A stretch of 64,000 bases of DNA from Eledone cirrhosa (lineage: Eukaryota). Under the pieces are notes generated by a model that did not search any database, was not told the DNA's origin, and saw nothing but the letters and a program-made list of their open reading frames with translations. The stretch spans positions 16,616,001-16,680,000 of the forward strand of contig OZ024764.1 in the NCBI GenBank assembly GCA_964016885.1, given 5' to 3'. The translations under genes were made by a program, and so were the position numbers. Below are positions 25,277 through 36,679 of this stretch, in pieces; within the stretch, counting starts at the first letter, position 1, and every line of letters begins with the position of its first letter.

Positions 25277-25810
25277 AGGTGTTTAGTGGGGTGTTGTGGC
25301 AGGTGAGGTATTTAGTAGGGTGGAGAGGTATTTAGTGGGGTGGAAGGGTGTTTAGTGGGGTGTCGTGGCAGGTGAGGTGTTTAGTAGGGTGGAGGGGCTG
25401 TTTAGTGGGGTGGCAGGGTGTTTAGTGGGGTGTCGTGGCAGGTGAGGTGTTTAGTAGGGTGGAGGGGCTGTTTAGTGGGGTGGCAGGTGAGGTGTTTAGT
25501 GGGGTCGATAATGAAGTATTTAGTGCAGTGGAGGGGTGTTAGTGGGGTCGATAATGAAGTATTTAGTGGGGTAGAGGGTTTTTTAGTGGGGTCGATAATG
25601 AAGTATTTAGTGCAGTGGAGGGTTTTTTAGTGGGGTCGATAATGAAGTATTTAGTGCAGTGGAGGGGTGTTTAGTGGGGTCGATAATGAAGTATTTAGTG
25701 CAGTGGAGGGTTTTTAGTGGGGTCGATAATGAAGTATTTAGTGCAGTGGAGGGGTGTTTAGTGGGGTCGATAATGAAGTATTTAGTGCAGTGGAGGGGTG
25801 TTTAGTGCGT
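25277..25810. repeat. GT-rich minisatellite, about 42-bp unit in distal half
   Basis: ttagtggggtcgataatgaagtatttagtgcagtggagggg. Confidence 0.8.
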
Positions 25811-25855
25811 AAGGGGATAAAGAGAAGCAAAAAAAAAAAAAAAACCCAAACAAAC

Positions 25856-25993
25856 CTGACAAGATCTCGCAAGCTGTGTGCACTGTAAATCGGAGGACTG
25901 GAGCTGGAGGGAGAGTTGCTCTGACTGGGCCTGTGTGGTCACCTCAAGTTCCTTCTGATCATCTCGGACACTGTCCAGTTCACTGCTTGTTTC
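25856..25993 (-). CDS. HIP1: HIP1 exon: ETSSELDSVRDDQKELEVTTQAQSEQLSLQLQSSDLQCTQLARSCQ
   Basis: gtgtag/gtttgt; 138 nt, phase 0->0; coiled-coil composition. Confidence 0.82.
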
Positions 25994-27583
25994 CTACACA
26001 GTCCAACGGTTCCGGAGACAATCACCCCAAATCCAGACCAGACCGGACAAGACCCCCCACCAGTTACCAAGGTGATAGAGTCATTGATGAGGAGGAGGGG
26101 AGAGAGGGGTGTGTGTCAGACGGGCGGGTGGGGGTCATTGTTTGGTAAATGTTTGGGTGAGTTTGATTAACGTTGGGGTTTGGAGGGGATCATTGTTCAG
26201 TGGGTGGAGGGGGGGGGCAGGGTTTTATTGACGTTGGGGTGGGGTTTGGAGGGGGGGGGGTCATTGTTCGGTGGATGGAGGAGGGATTTATTGACGTTGG
26301 GGTGGGGGTTTGGAGGGGGTCATTGTTCGGTAGGTGGGGCAGGGTTTTAGCGACGTTGGAGTAGGGGTTTGGAGGGGGGGGGGGGGTCATCGTGGTCCAG
26401 GGTTTTATCAATGTGGGGGGGGGGTGTAAACGTTTTTGTGTGTGGGAGGGGGGAGACAGGGGTTTCAAGTTGAGGTCAAGCCATGCATGTTTGACAAAGT
26501 GACACGGAGGTCATGCAGGGGGTCAAGGTGACACACCATTAACATTGAGGGAGGTGTGTGGGGTGGGAGATAGGAGTGGAGGTGGGGAAAACAGAAAAAA
26601 AAAAAAATGTTTAATTTAAACTTTTTAAAAAACAAAAACTAACAACAACATTCAGTACTACGCATATCATGTAGTTAGGGGGTTGTACTGATAATAATAA
26701 AGTTAGGGGTTCAATTCCTTTACCTAGGAGCACATTGTGTTCTTGAGCAAGACACTTCATTTCATGTTGCTTCTTATGACAAGACTGGGGTCCCCTACCT
26801 TTAAAATACTCAACAAATCTTCGAAACTTCCGGTGAGATACAACCTTGTAGGAGGCCAGCTAGACTGACATAGGTGTGAGCTGTAACAACATGTTAGGAC
26901 TGGGGTCCCTATCATTAAAACACCAGATAAACCTCCTGTGAGATACAACCTTGTAGGAGGCCAGTAACAATATGATAAGACTGCTCAAACCAGTAATGAC
27001 TGGCTGCTCATACTGATGTTAAGGTATTGTTCTCAAAATAAATAATATCAAAATCTCATAGATTCAATATTATGTGAGATATTATGTGAGGTAAAGCCTT
27101 TACTGTGAAAATACAATAGTATATATCGAGTAATGTAAATGTTATGTGAGATATTATGTGAGGTTAAGCCTTTACTGTGAAAATACAATAGTATATATAG
27201 AGTAATGTAAATGCTAAAGGGTTAAATGATTGAGAGTACAAGACTCTCCCCTGGACAGGACACCAGTCCATTGCAGAGTTAAAATCCCCAGCTATTACTG
27301 GTACTCATTTTCAACTGAGTGTACTGGAACAACGTGAAATGAAGACAGCACACAAACCAATTCAGGAGTTGAACCCCTGACTTATAAGTTTCAATATAAC
27401 AACAATAACATGCAAGAAATTCTGATAAACAAACTGAACATTTTAAATGAAGATTTTTAATAATTAGTTCAAGTAATTAATTCCAACAACAGAAATATGA
27501 AAGCAAAACCAAAGATGATTTTGGTACTCACCTGCTTATTATATATATATATATGTAATGTGAGTTTTTCGAATATTAATAAT

Positions 27584-27770
27584 TGTTTCTACTTTTGGTA
27601 CAAGGCCAGCAATTAGCCAGTACATTACTGGTACTTTATTTTATCGACCCCGTAAGGATGAAAGGCAAAGTTAACCTCGGCGGGATTTGAACTCAGACCG
27701 TAAAGGGACGTAACTATGCTAGAAAGCATGGCGTCCGACCCTCTACCGATACTGCCAATCCACTGCCCTT
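27584..27770 (-). mobile_element. tRNA-derived SINE family B
   Basis: Head GGCAGTGGATTGGCAGTATCGGTAG, B box GAGTTCAAATCC, GCCTTTCATCCTTACGGGGTCGATAAAATAAAGTACC body. Confidence 0.8.
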
Positions 27771-27773
27771 TCG

Positions 27774-28356
27774 AATATTAATAATAACATTCGATTCGTT
27801 TGCAATTATGCAAACAAGCCTCAATTTTATAGCCATGTCAGAAACATTAGTGTCTGCAGTTCTGTTCACATGCCAACAAGAGCAAGAATGAAGTGTTCAT
27901 TCTACTGACATGGCTATAAAATTGAGGCTTGTTTGCATAATTTCAAACGAATCGAATGTTATTATTAATATTAGAAAAACTCAGATTACATTTATTGTAT
28001 TCAAGCATGTAGAGCAAAATTTTCCTTTTTATATATATATATATTGTTATACTTGGGGAGGGTCATATTTGTGTAATAGTATTGCCAGAATTAATAACAG
28101 AACACACTCACTGTTTGGTTGATTTTCGCTTGTGTGTCTTTTATATCGGTTAATTTAATTTTTTTTTTTTGTGTCTATATTATATCTGTATTTTTGACTG
28201 TTGGTCAGTCAATGGTAACACTGAGGACCGAATAATAAAATAAATTAAAAAAATTAAATTAACCGATATAAAAGACACAGAAGTAAAAAGCAACCAAACA
28301 GTGAGTGTGTTCTGTTATTAATTTTGGCAATATGACCCTCCCCAAGTATAACAATA
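27774..28356. repeat. Two adjacent inverted repeats (27774-27972, 28041-28356)
   Basis: Arms visible by reverse-complement match. Confidence 0.8.
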
Positions 28357-28411
28357 TTTGTTTCAACACACAATTTCATATCAAAAACCTCGCAAAACTA
28401 ATTCATCACCG

Positions 28412-28457
<46 letters not shown>

Positions 28458-28591
28458 CGAAGGAAATGTGGTAAGGAACCAGGTGGACCATAACGCACCA
28501 AAGTACTCAATACTTAGGGTAGTAGAGTGGGTAATGGGAACAAGACCCCGACTTCTGAGCTCAGCCGTCGGGGTCTTACTTGTTCCTATAC

Positions 28592-28623
<32 letters not shown>

Positions 28624-28627
28624 ATTT

Positions 28628-28703
<76 letters not shown>

Positions 28704-28742
28704 TTATATATATATATATATATTTATATTTAATATAGAAAG

Positions 28743-28791
28743 GCTTCTACAGGACTAGAACTGTTTCATTCAGTAGAAATCATCAGGAAGC
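28743..28791 (-). ncRNA. Type-I hammerhead family B (minus arm)
   Basis: GCTTC-CTGATGA-TTTCTACTGAAT-GAA-ACAG ttctagtc CTGT-A^GAAGC. Confidence 0.68.
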
Positions 28792-28849
28792 AACTGTACA
28801 AGTAATATGGTGGTATTTATATAAATACCACCATATTACTTGTACAGTT

Positions 28850-28898
28850 GCTTCCTGATGATTTCTCCCGAATGAAACAGTTCTAGTCCTGTAGAAGC
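28850..28898 (+). ncRNA. Type-I hammerhead family B (plus arm)
   Basis: GCTTC-CTGATGA-TTTCTCCCGAAT-GAA-ACAG/CTGT-A^GAAGC; GUA cleavage triplet. Confidence 0.68.
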
Positions 28899-28977
28899 CT
28901 TTCTATATTAAATATTTATATTCTGCTTTGTATTGAGTACCTTACTGTGGTTACCTCCGATTGAACCCGGGGTAAAC

Positions 28978-29332
28978 TTTTGGCACAAGGCCAGCAATTA
29001 TCCCAGTACATTACTGGTACTTTACTTTATCGACCCCGTAAGGATGAAAGGCAAAGTTAACCTCAGTGGGATTTGAACACAAAACGTAAAGGGCCATAAC
29101 TTTATGCCTGTTTCTACTATAGGCACAAGGCCAGCAATTTAGGGGGGGGGGGGGGTGAAAGTCAATTAAATCGACCTCAGTACATTACTGGTATTTTACT
29201 TTATCGACCCCGTAAGGATGAAAGGCAAAGTTAACCTCAGTGGGATTTGAACTCAGAATGTAAAGGGCCATAACTCTATGACACAAAGCATGTTGCCCGA
29301 TGCTCTACCGATTACTGCCGATTCACTGCCTT
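28978..29332 (-). mobile_element. SINE family B, two tandem copies
   Basis: Repeated TGGCACAAGGCCAGCAATT...GGATTTGAAC units. Confidence 0.78.
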
Positions 29333-29369
29333 AACAACAATAATATGAAATGTCACAGTTGGTTCCTAC

Positions 29370-29438
29370 CTTTAACAACACATCTTTTTCTTCTGCTACT
29401 TTCTTTTCATCTTTCAACTGTTTGTTTACCTCAGCATG
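29370..29438 (-). CDS. HIP1: HIP1 exon: HAEVNKQLKDEKKVAEEKDVLLK
   Basis: tttttatag/gtagga; 69 nt, phase 0->0. Confidence 0.88.
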
Positions 29439-29479
29439 CTATAAAAAAACAAAACAATTTATATATATATATATATGAG

Positions 29480-29993
29480 GCAAGACCTGCCTTGCCTAAG
29501 TACAAAGTGAAACCTACAGTCAGTAGGCACCTCTTAACCAAAATACACCCTCGTCCCACTACCCCTACCCGATCCACACCACCCCTTTCGATGTAAAGTT
29601 ATGTTGGTACCACAACATCCAGTCCTAAATAAATGAGGTCATGTAGGTGTCACGACAAAAAAAACACAGTCCACGCTGTAATGTGGCCGTGTAGGCAACA
29701 CGGTAAAAACCTCCCAGTCCACACTGTAAACGTGGTTGGTGTTAGGAAGGGCATCCAGCTGTAGAAAACCTGCCAGACAGTCCACGCTGTAATGTAGCCG
29801 TGTAGGCAACACGGTAAAAACCTCCCAGCCCCACACTGTAAATGTGGTTGGTGTTAGGAAGGGCATCCAGCCGTAGAAAACCCGCCAGACAGTCCTATGC
29901 GAGCAGGACAACCACTCTTGCCTCAAGTGGGAAAACTCCCGTCCAAACCCATGCAAGCGTGGAAGATGGACGCTAAAACGATGATGATGATGA
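29480..29993 (+). mobile_element. RTE subfamily 2 3' UTR with internal duplication
   Basis: Similar to 56665-57107; GAT tail. Confidence 0.82.
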
Positions 29994-30303
29994 TATATTC
30001 ATTATATACACACACACATTATATATGCACACAGACACATGTGTGCGTGTATATAATGTGTATATATTTGGTTGTAACATAAATTCCCGCCGTTGTTATC
30101 ATTTGTTTATATTCGCGGGATTTTGTGTTACAACCTAACATATATATTTACATATATATGAAAAAATTCAGGACTCCAACAGCTGAGCCCCAGCCGTTTC
30201 AATAGCTAGATCCGAACATATTAGCCACTCTACAAGCCCAAGTATCGAGTACTCGGGTGAGTAAAGGTCTAACTGGTTTTTACCACCTCCAATCTGATAA
30301 ATA

Positions 30304-30585
30304 TCATCATCATCGTTTAACATCTATCTTCCACGCTAGCATGGGTTAGACGGGAGTTGTCCCACTTGAGGCAAGATTGGTCGGGTGACAGTATCTTGCT
30401 CGTATAGGACTGTCTGGCAGGTTTTCTACGGCTGGATGCCCTTCCTAACACCAACCACATTTACAGTGTGGACTGGGAGCTTTTTACCGTGTTACCTAAC
30501 AGCCACATCACAGCGTGGACTGTGTTTTTTGTCATGACACCGACACAACCTCATTTGTTTGGACTGGATGTTGTGGTACCAACAT
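30304..30585 (-). mobile_element. RTE subfamily 2 3' UTR fragment
   Basis: Reverse complement of the UTR with ATC tail. Confidence 0.75.
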
Positions 30586-30634
30586 ATTTCTATTATATAT
30601 ATACACACACATATAATAGTGAAGGCATGTGGCT

Positions 30635-31300
30635 GTAAATGTTATGTGAGATATTATGTGAGGTAAAGCCTTTACTGTGAAAATACAATAGTATATATAG
30701 AGTAATGTAAATGTTATGTGAGATATTATGTGAGGTAAAGACTTTACTGTGAAAATATAATAGTATATATAGAGTAGTGTAAATGTTATGTGAGATATTA
30801 TGTGAGGTAAAGACTTTACTGTGACAATACAATAGTATATATAGAGTAATGTAAATGTTATGTGAGATATTATGTGAGGTAAAGCCTTTACTGTGACAAT
30901 ACAATAGTATATATAGAGTAATGTAAATGTTATGTGAGATATTATGTGAGGTAAAGACTTTACTGTGACAATACAATAGTATATATAGAGTAATGTAAAT
31001 GTTATGTGAGATATTATGTGAGGTAAAGCCTTTACTGTGACAATACAATAGTATATATAGAGTAATGTAAATGGTATGTGAGATATTATGTGAGGTAAAG
31101 CCTTTACTGTGAAAATACAATAGTATATATAGAGTCATGTAAATGTAATGTGAGATATTATGAGAGGTAAAGACTTTACTGTGACAATACAATAGTATAT
31201 ATAGAGTAATGTGAATGCTATGTGAGATATTATGTGAGGTAAAGCCTTTACTGTGACAATACAATAGTATATATAGAGTAATGTAAATGGTAAAGGGTTA
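30635..31300. repeat. 72-bp MITE-subterminal array x9
   Basis: aatgttatgtgagatattatgtgaggtaaagcctttactgtg...; ends in taaagggttaa. Confidence 0.9.
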
Positions 31301-31348
31301 AAGAATGCCTCAACAGCATTAAGTATGTTATACAACCCCAATACTTAC

Positions 31349-31437
31349 TACTCTTAACAACGTGACATGCTCTTCTCGTAGTTTACCATAAATATCTTTC
31401 ATCTTCTTAAATTTTTCTTCATTTGCCTTCACCATTT
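31349..31437 (-). CDS. HIP1: HIP1 exon: MVKANEEKFKKMKDIYGKLREEHVTLLRV
   Basis: ttccag/gtaagt; 89 nt, phase 1->0; conserved Y..L..EH..LLR coiled-coil motif. Confidence 0.93.
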
Positions 31438-31597
31438 CTGGAAAGAAAACGGAACAACATATTGTTATATGCATCTATATGTGTGTATGGGAATGTATGT
31501 GTATGTGAAGACAGTGTGAGGGAAGGAGTAAGGGAGAGAGTGAGGATGTTAGAGAGAGAGAGAGAGAGAGAGAGAGTGTTATTTAATGTCTACTTAC

Positions 31598-31676
31598 TTT
31601 CAGAATCTGTCAATTTATCCACAACTGTGAAGCTGATCTTTGTTTCTTCAAGTTCTCTTTTGATTAGCTCGTTTTC
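31598..31676 (-). CDS. HIP1: HIP1 exon: ENELIKRELEETKISFTVVDKLTDSE
   Basis: gttag/gtaagt; 79 nt, phase 0->1. Confidence 0.88.
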
Positions 31677-31830
31677 CTAACGAGGGACACCATTTATAAC
31701 GATAGCAACGCACACAAAATAGAAAGATAATTAATAATGGTTTCTGATTTAGGAATAGGGTTAACAATTTAGCGGGAGGGGGAAGTCCCCCAAAAATGTA
31801 TACACACTTTGATTACCTGTACAGGCAACC

Positions 31831-32352
31831 ATCATCATCATCATCGTTTAACGTCCCTGTTCCACGCTTGCATGGGTTTAGACGGGAATTGTCCCACTTG
31901 AGGCAAGATTGGTTGTCTTGCTCATATCGGACTGTCTGGCACGATTTCTACGACCGGATGCCCTTCCTAACACCAACCACATTACAGTGTGGACTGTGAG
32001 TTTTTTTACCGTGTTACCTACATGGCCACATTACAGTGTGGACTGTGTGTTTTTTTGTCGTGACACCTACACCTCATTAGTTTGGACTGGATGTTGTGGT
32101 ACCAACATAACTTTATAGAGATGGAATAGGGGTAGTGGGTTGAGGGTGTATATTTGGTTAAGAGGTGCCTACCGACTGTAGGTTTCACTTTGTACATAGG
32201 CAAGGCAGGTCTTCTGTATTTCTGCGTGGCGCCAAAGATCTCGGTCCAGTGACATTGTCTTAGAGAGGTGCTAGTGTGTAAGGTCGGAATTTATCAAATC
32301 GTCTCAGGTTTTTCTGGGTCTACTTACTCCGTAACTTGCCTCAATTTAGGCA
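31831..32352 (-). mobile_element. RTE 3' end, subfamily 2
   Basis: Minus strand reads GSYGVSRPRKT*DDLINSD..DRDLWRH, then UTR and GAT tail. Confidence 0.85.
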
Positions 32353-32466
32353 ATATTTATTAGAATGCTGTTGAAGTGTGTATAGATTTATTTGGGAGAC
32401 CGTGCATTATGACAATAATGTCTGACAACCTAAGATACTTCAGTAAATAGTAGAGGAATATTTTAC

Positions 32467-32559
32467 CTTCAATGTGTTATCAAGAGTCAATTGTAGTTCT
32501 GTTAGGATCTTCTTTAATTGTTCCTTCTCCTCTAGGAGGGGTTGAATCTTCAGTTGTGC
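32467..32559 (-). CDS. HIP1: HIP1 exon: AQLKIQPLLEEKEQLKKILTELQLTLDNTLK
   Basis: ccttcag/gtaaaa; 93 nt, phase 0->0. Confidence 0.88.
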
Positions 32560-32669
32560 CTGAAGGAAACAAATTAACAATTCTAGTATTAATAAATTGT
32601 GGCACTTCAACTTACACATGGTGTATGCTGGTCTGCTGTGTTATCCAGGTACACCAAACTAGGCTCTAG

Positions 32670-32700
<31 letters not shown>

Positions 32701-32867
32701 GTCGTCGTCATGGTTATCATCATCGGCAACGCTGTTGTCATCATCATTATCGTCATATTAATTGTTATCACCACCACCACCACCACCGCCACCACCATCA
32801 TCATCGTCAACATCCTCACCATCACCGTCATCATCATAATCATCATCATCATCACACGCTATAGTGA

Positions 32868-32914
<47 letters not shown>

Positions 32915-33012
32915 CATATATATATGTAAAAGGTAAACAGAAGTAACAACACAATCAGTACAGTATATGGAAGGGATATATTAGGTTAACGCTTGATAAA
33001 GCAGGAAGAGGG

Positions 33013-33048
33013 TCTTAACGTTTCGGACGCTAGTCCTTCATCAGAAGA
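33013..33048 (-). ncRNA. Minimal (dimeric-type) hammerhead family C
   Basis: TCTT-CTGATGA-aGGAC tagc GTCC-GAAACGTT^AAGA. Confidence 0.72.
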
Positions 33049-33121
33049 AAGAATGAGAAATAAGATAGATTGAGGGGACGGGCAGGGATGGAATTGGAAG
33101 AAATGTCTTTAATATACATAC

Positions 33122-33194
33122 CTCTGATTGTAATCTCTCAATCTCCTCCCGAAGTTGCTGAATCTCTTTATGTAGCTGTTCAATAATCATGTCT
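33122..33194 (-). CDS. HIP1: HIP1 exon: DMIIEQLHKEIQQLREEIERLQSE
   Basis: ttgtag/gtatgt; 73 nt, phase 2->0; start of coiled coil. Confidence 0.92.
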
Positions 33195-33344
33195 CTACAA
33201 TAAATAAGACAAGATTATTTACAATAACCATAGCAACAGGGGTTTACTCACCCCCACTCCACGTCCCCGCATTTCAAACTTGTCATATCTTCCGCTCCCT
33301 AACTGTGGCCTAGATGTAAATCTGATAGGTTTATGATCATAATG

Positions 33345-33630
33345 TTGTGGGTTTGATCTGATTCATTCCTAGATCAAGTGGTGAGTTTAATTTGATCTTT
33401 GGATCAAGTGATTGGTTTAATTTGATCCCGAGATCAAGTAATGAGTTAGATCTGATTCCTAGATCAAGTGATGAGTTTGATTTGATCCTTGGATCAAATG
33501 ATGGATTTGATTTGATGCCTAGATCAAGTGGTGAGTTTGATTTGATCTCTAGATCAAGTGGTGAGTTTGATTTGATCCCTAAATCAAGTGGTGAGTTTGA
33601 TCTCTATACTAGGTGATTTGTTTGATCCCA
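33345..33630. repeat. 30-bp minisatellite x9
   Basis: tttgatcNNtagatcaagtggtgagtttga. Confidence 0.85.
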
Positions 33631-34080
33631 AGAACAAATGCTGTGCTCTATTCTTGAGCAAGGCATTTCACTCCATGTTGCTCCAGTCAACTTAGCTGGA
33701 AATGCCTCCCAGCAATAGGCTTGAGTCAATTTTGTGATGGACAGGTGTCTTGTCCAGGGGAATTTATTGAATGCCAAGGAAACTGGGGTAAGCCCCAGGG
33801 CTTGAAACACATTTTAGGAACTTAAACACACACACACATACGCACATGCACAAATTCACATATTTACACGCACACAAAGACAAACAAACACACATCTCAC
33901 CACAACACACCACAATACCACAACCCAACACACCACACACCACCACACCACAACACCACACACGACCACCACACAACAACACAACACCACACACCACCAA
34001 ACCACAACACACCACACACCACCACACACCCCACAACACCACCACACAACAACACAACACCACACAACACCACCACATAC

Positions 34081-34166
34081 CTTTCATCAATCTGTGGCTG
34101 GCCATTAAAATTAAAACTGTCCATTGTTCCTTCACCAAACGTTTCGTCAAATTTATCAGTTTCTTG
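34081..34166 (-). CDS. HIP1: HIP1 exon: QETDKFDETFGEGTMDSFNFNGQPQIDE(R)
   Basis: ttccag/gtatgt; 86 nt, phase 0->2; matches the HIP1 KFDDIFG...FNFN linker. Confidence 0.92.
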
Positions 34167-34471
34167 CTGGAAAACATTCGTTAAGACAAAAACTAATTAT
34201 GAATATGTTCAATTGGTCCAGTAATTACTGAGACACACACAGTGAGGGTAGGGCTGGTGTGTGTGGTGGGGGTGGGGAAATTGTTCTTGGCAGGGAGTGT
34301 AATATAGGATTTGTAGGGCTTCATTCACATGGAACCATCAGGAAAATGGAAGACCATCTTCATCATTTCATACGAATGAAACAGTTCTAGTCCTGTAGAA
34401 GTCACTCTACTAACGTATTGAGTACCTTCTATAACAATGGTTACCTCCCAATACCAATCAGGAATCCAGCC

Positions 34472-34502
<31 letters not shown>

Positions 34503-35435
34503 TAGCAAAATGTTCAAGACCCCGACGGCAGAGCTCAAGCTGTTTAGACGGCTATTTCTGGACTCAGAGTGCAGAAATGCGCCAGTACCAGCTGGATGCC
34601 CTTCCTATCACCAACCATTTTACAGCAAGGGCTGGGCGCATTGTTCGAGCCACCAATACTAGAGAGGTCGTCTTACCAGAATTAACAGTCCTCTCCACCC
34701 TGTATCAGTTTTTAGAAGTCTTAATATTATGGGTTTTCGCTGTACAGTTAAGCTCACTGCCTCCACCACCACCACCACCACCCACACAATACAAGCAAAA
34801 TAACAGCAACACTAACAACAACACCAACAACAGTGACACCACCAACAACAGTGACACCACCAACACCACCAACAACAGTGACATCACCACCACAACCACA
34901 AACAACACCAACAATACCAACAACACCCCCAACAACAGAACTATCAACACCACCACCACCACAAACAACACTAACAATACCAACACCACCCCCAACAACA
35001 GTGACACAAATAATAACACCAACACCACCACCAACAACACAACCACCACCACAAACAAAAGTAACACCGTCAACATCACCAACAACCCCACCACCAACAA
35101 GTGACACCACCAACACCACCACCCTCACCACCACCACCAAAGAAGACAACGACCCCACCACCGCCCTCACCACCACCAAAAAGACAACAACCCCACCACC
35201 ACCCTCACCAACACCACCACCGCCCTCACCAACACCAAAGAAGACAACAGCCCCACCACCACCACCACCAAAGAAGACAACAACCCCACCACCACCGCCC
35301 TCAAAGAAGACAACCCCACCACCACCACCACCACTACCACCACCAAAGACAACTCCACCAGCCTCACCACCACCGCCACCACCACCACCCTCACCACCAC
35401 CACCCTCACCCCCCTCACCACCACCAACAACTTAC

Positions 35436-35576
35436 AATAGGAGATGAGGTATCTATTAAGAACCCTATTCCATCAAACTCTGGGGTCTCTGCTTCTGTTT
35501 CCATCTCTTCAGGTACAACTGCCACTGGTTTCACATGTTTACTGAAGTCTGAGGCAATTGTGAAGTTGGGTGGATC
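35436..35576 (-). CDS. HIP1: HIP1 exon: DPPNFTIASDFSKHVKPVAVVPEE...GFLIDTSSPI
   Basis: ttgcag/gtaagt; 141 nt; PPNF end of ANTH and clathrin-box-like LIDTS. Confidence 0.93.
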
Positions 35577-35603
35577 CTGCAACAACGACAACAACAACAA
35601 TTA

Positions 35604-35900
35604 CAATTGTCTAAAATCTATGGCAAACTCCCTCGAGCCTCTGCCCTTCTAAAATCCCGGAGAGCTCAATTTGCTGGCCACTGTCACCGTGCCAGCAATG
35701 AAATCATATCCGCTCTCTTGCTCTGGAACCCTGACTCCAGCCTGACTAGGAGTAGGAAGCTGTCATTCCCTGACGTTATCTCTAGGGATACGGGAATCAG
35801 TAGACAGGACCTGGGGGCAGCGATGGGGGACAGGGAATTCTGGGGCATGAGGGTGAGATCCATCATCTCGACAGTAGTCGACGAATGATGATGATGATGA
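35604..35900 (+). mobile_element. 3' end of a distinct LINE (RTE-like), GAT tail
   Basis: IYGKLP...RRAQFAGHCHRASNEIISALLLW...DREFW resembles an RT C-terminus. Confidence 0.75.
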
Positions 35901-36244
35901 TCATCATCATTTTCATTTCATCTTACGTCCGCTTTTCCCTGCTTGCAAGGGTGGGATGGGAACTGATTCTGGCTTGATTTCTACAGCTGGATGCCCTTCC
36001 TAACACCAACCTCATTTACAGTGAGTGTTGGGTGCTTTTTTGCCGTGGCACCTCCACGACCACTTTGCAGTGGAATGATAGGGACCCCAGTCCCTATCAT
36101 CTCATTGCTACAGCTGAGTAAACTGGAGCAATGTGAAATAAAGTGTCTTGCTCAAGGAAACAACACATCACCCGGTCTGAGAATTGAACTCACAACCTTT
36201 TGATTGCAAGGCCAATGCTCTAACCAATAAGCCATGTGCCTCCA
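35900..36244 (-). mobile_element. SINE family A
   Basis: Near-identical to 1832-2157; tail-to-tail with the LINE at 35604. Confidence 0.88.
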
Positions 36245-36362
36245 TGATGACAATTATAATAACAACAATCTATAATATAATAAAGTAAGGAGTGCGGGAC
36301 TGAGTCCTGAATATATTTTTGTTATCCTGATTGTAAAATAAGTTGGATTACTTTGAATAAAT

Positions 36363-36518
36363 AATTGTTTCTACTTTTGGCACAAGGCCAGCAATTATCC
36401 CAGTGCATTACTGGTACTTTATTCTATCGACCCCGGAAGGATGAAAGGCAAAGTTAACCTCGGCGGGATTTGAACTCAGATCATACAGGGAGGTAACTCT
36501 ATGCTTCAAAGCATGGCA
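36363..36518 (-). mobile_element. SINE family B, truncated
   Basis: Matches 27584-27730. Confidence 0.78.
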
Positions 36519-36679
36519 GTTTATATATAATATCATCTTGTTTAAATATATCATGGATTACTTTACTGATTACATAAAACAGTGTAACACAGTCTCTCTT
36601 CAATTTCTGTGTATATTGTCAATTACGATTTTATTTGATGTATCATATCTACATGTATATATATCCACCGCCTTTATAG

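Larger units (their letters stand above)
28726..28915. repeat. Near-perfect palindrome, about 95-bp arms
   Basis: Centre 28820/28821. Confidence 0.9.

Noticed and set aside
32321-32340. Consensus donor GGA/GTAAGT
   Set aside because: Part of the RTE coding remnant (GVSRPRKT); no matching acceptor or exon.
34833-35447. Extensin/mucin-like P/T-rich ORF
   Set aside because: (CCA/ACA)n low complexity, antisense within a HIP1 intron, and open in multiple frames.
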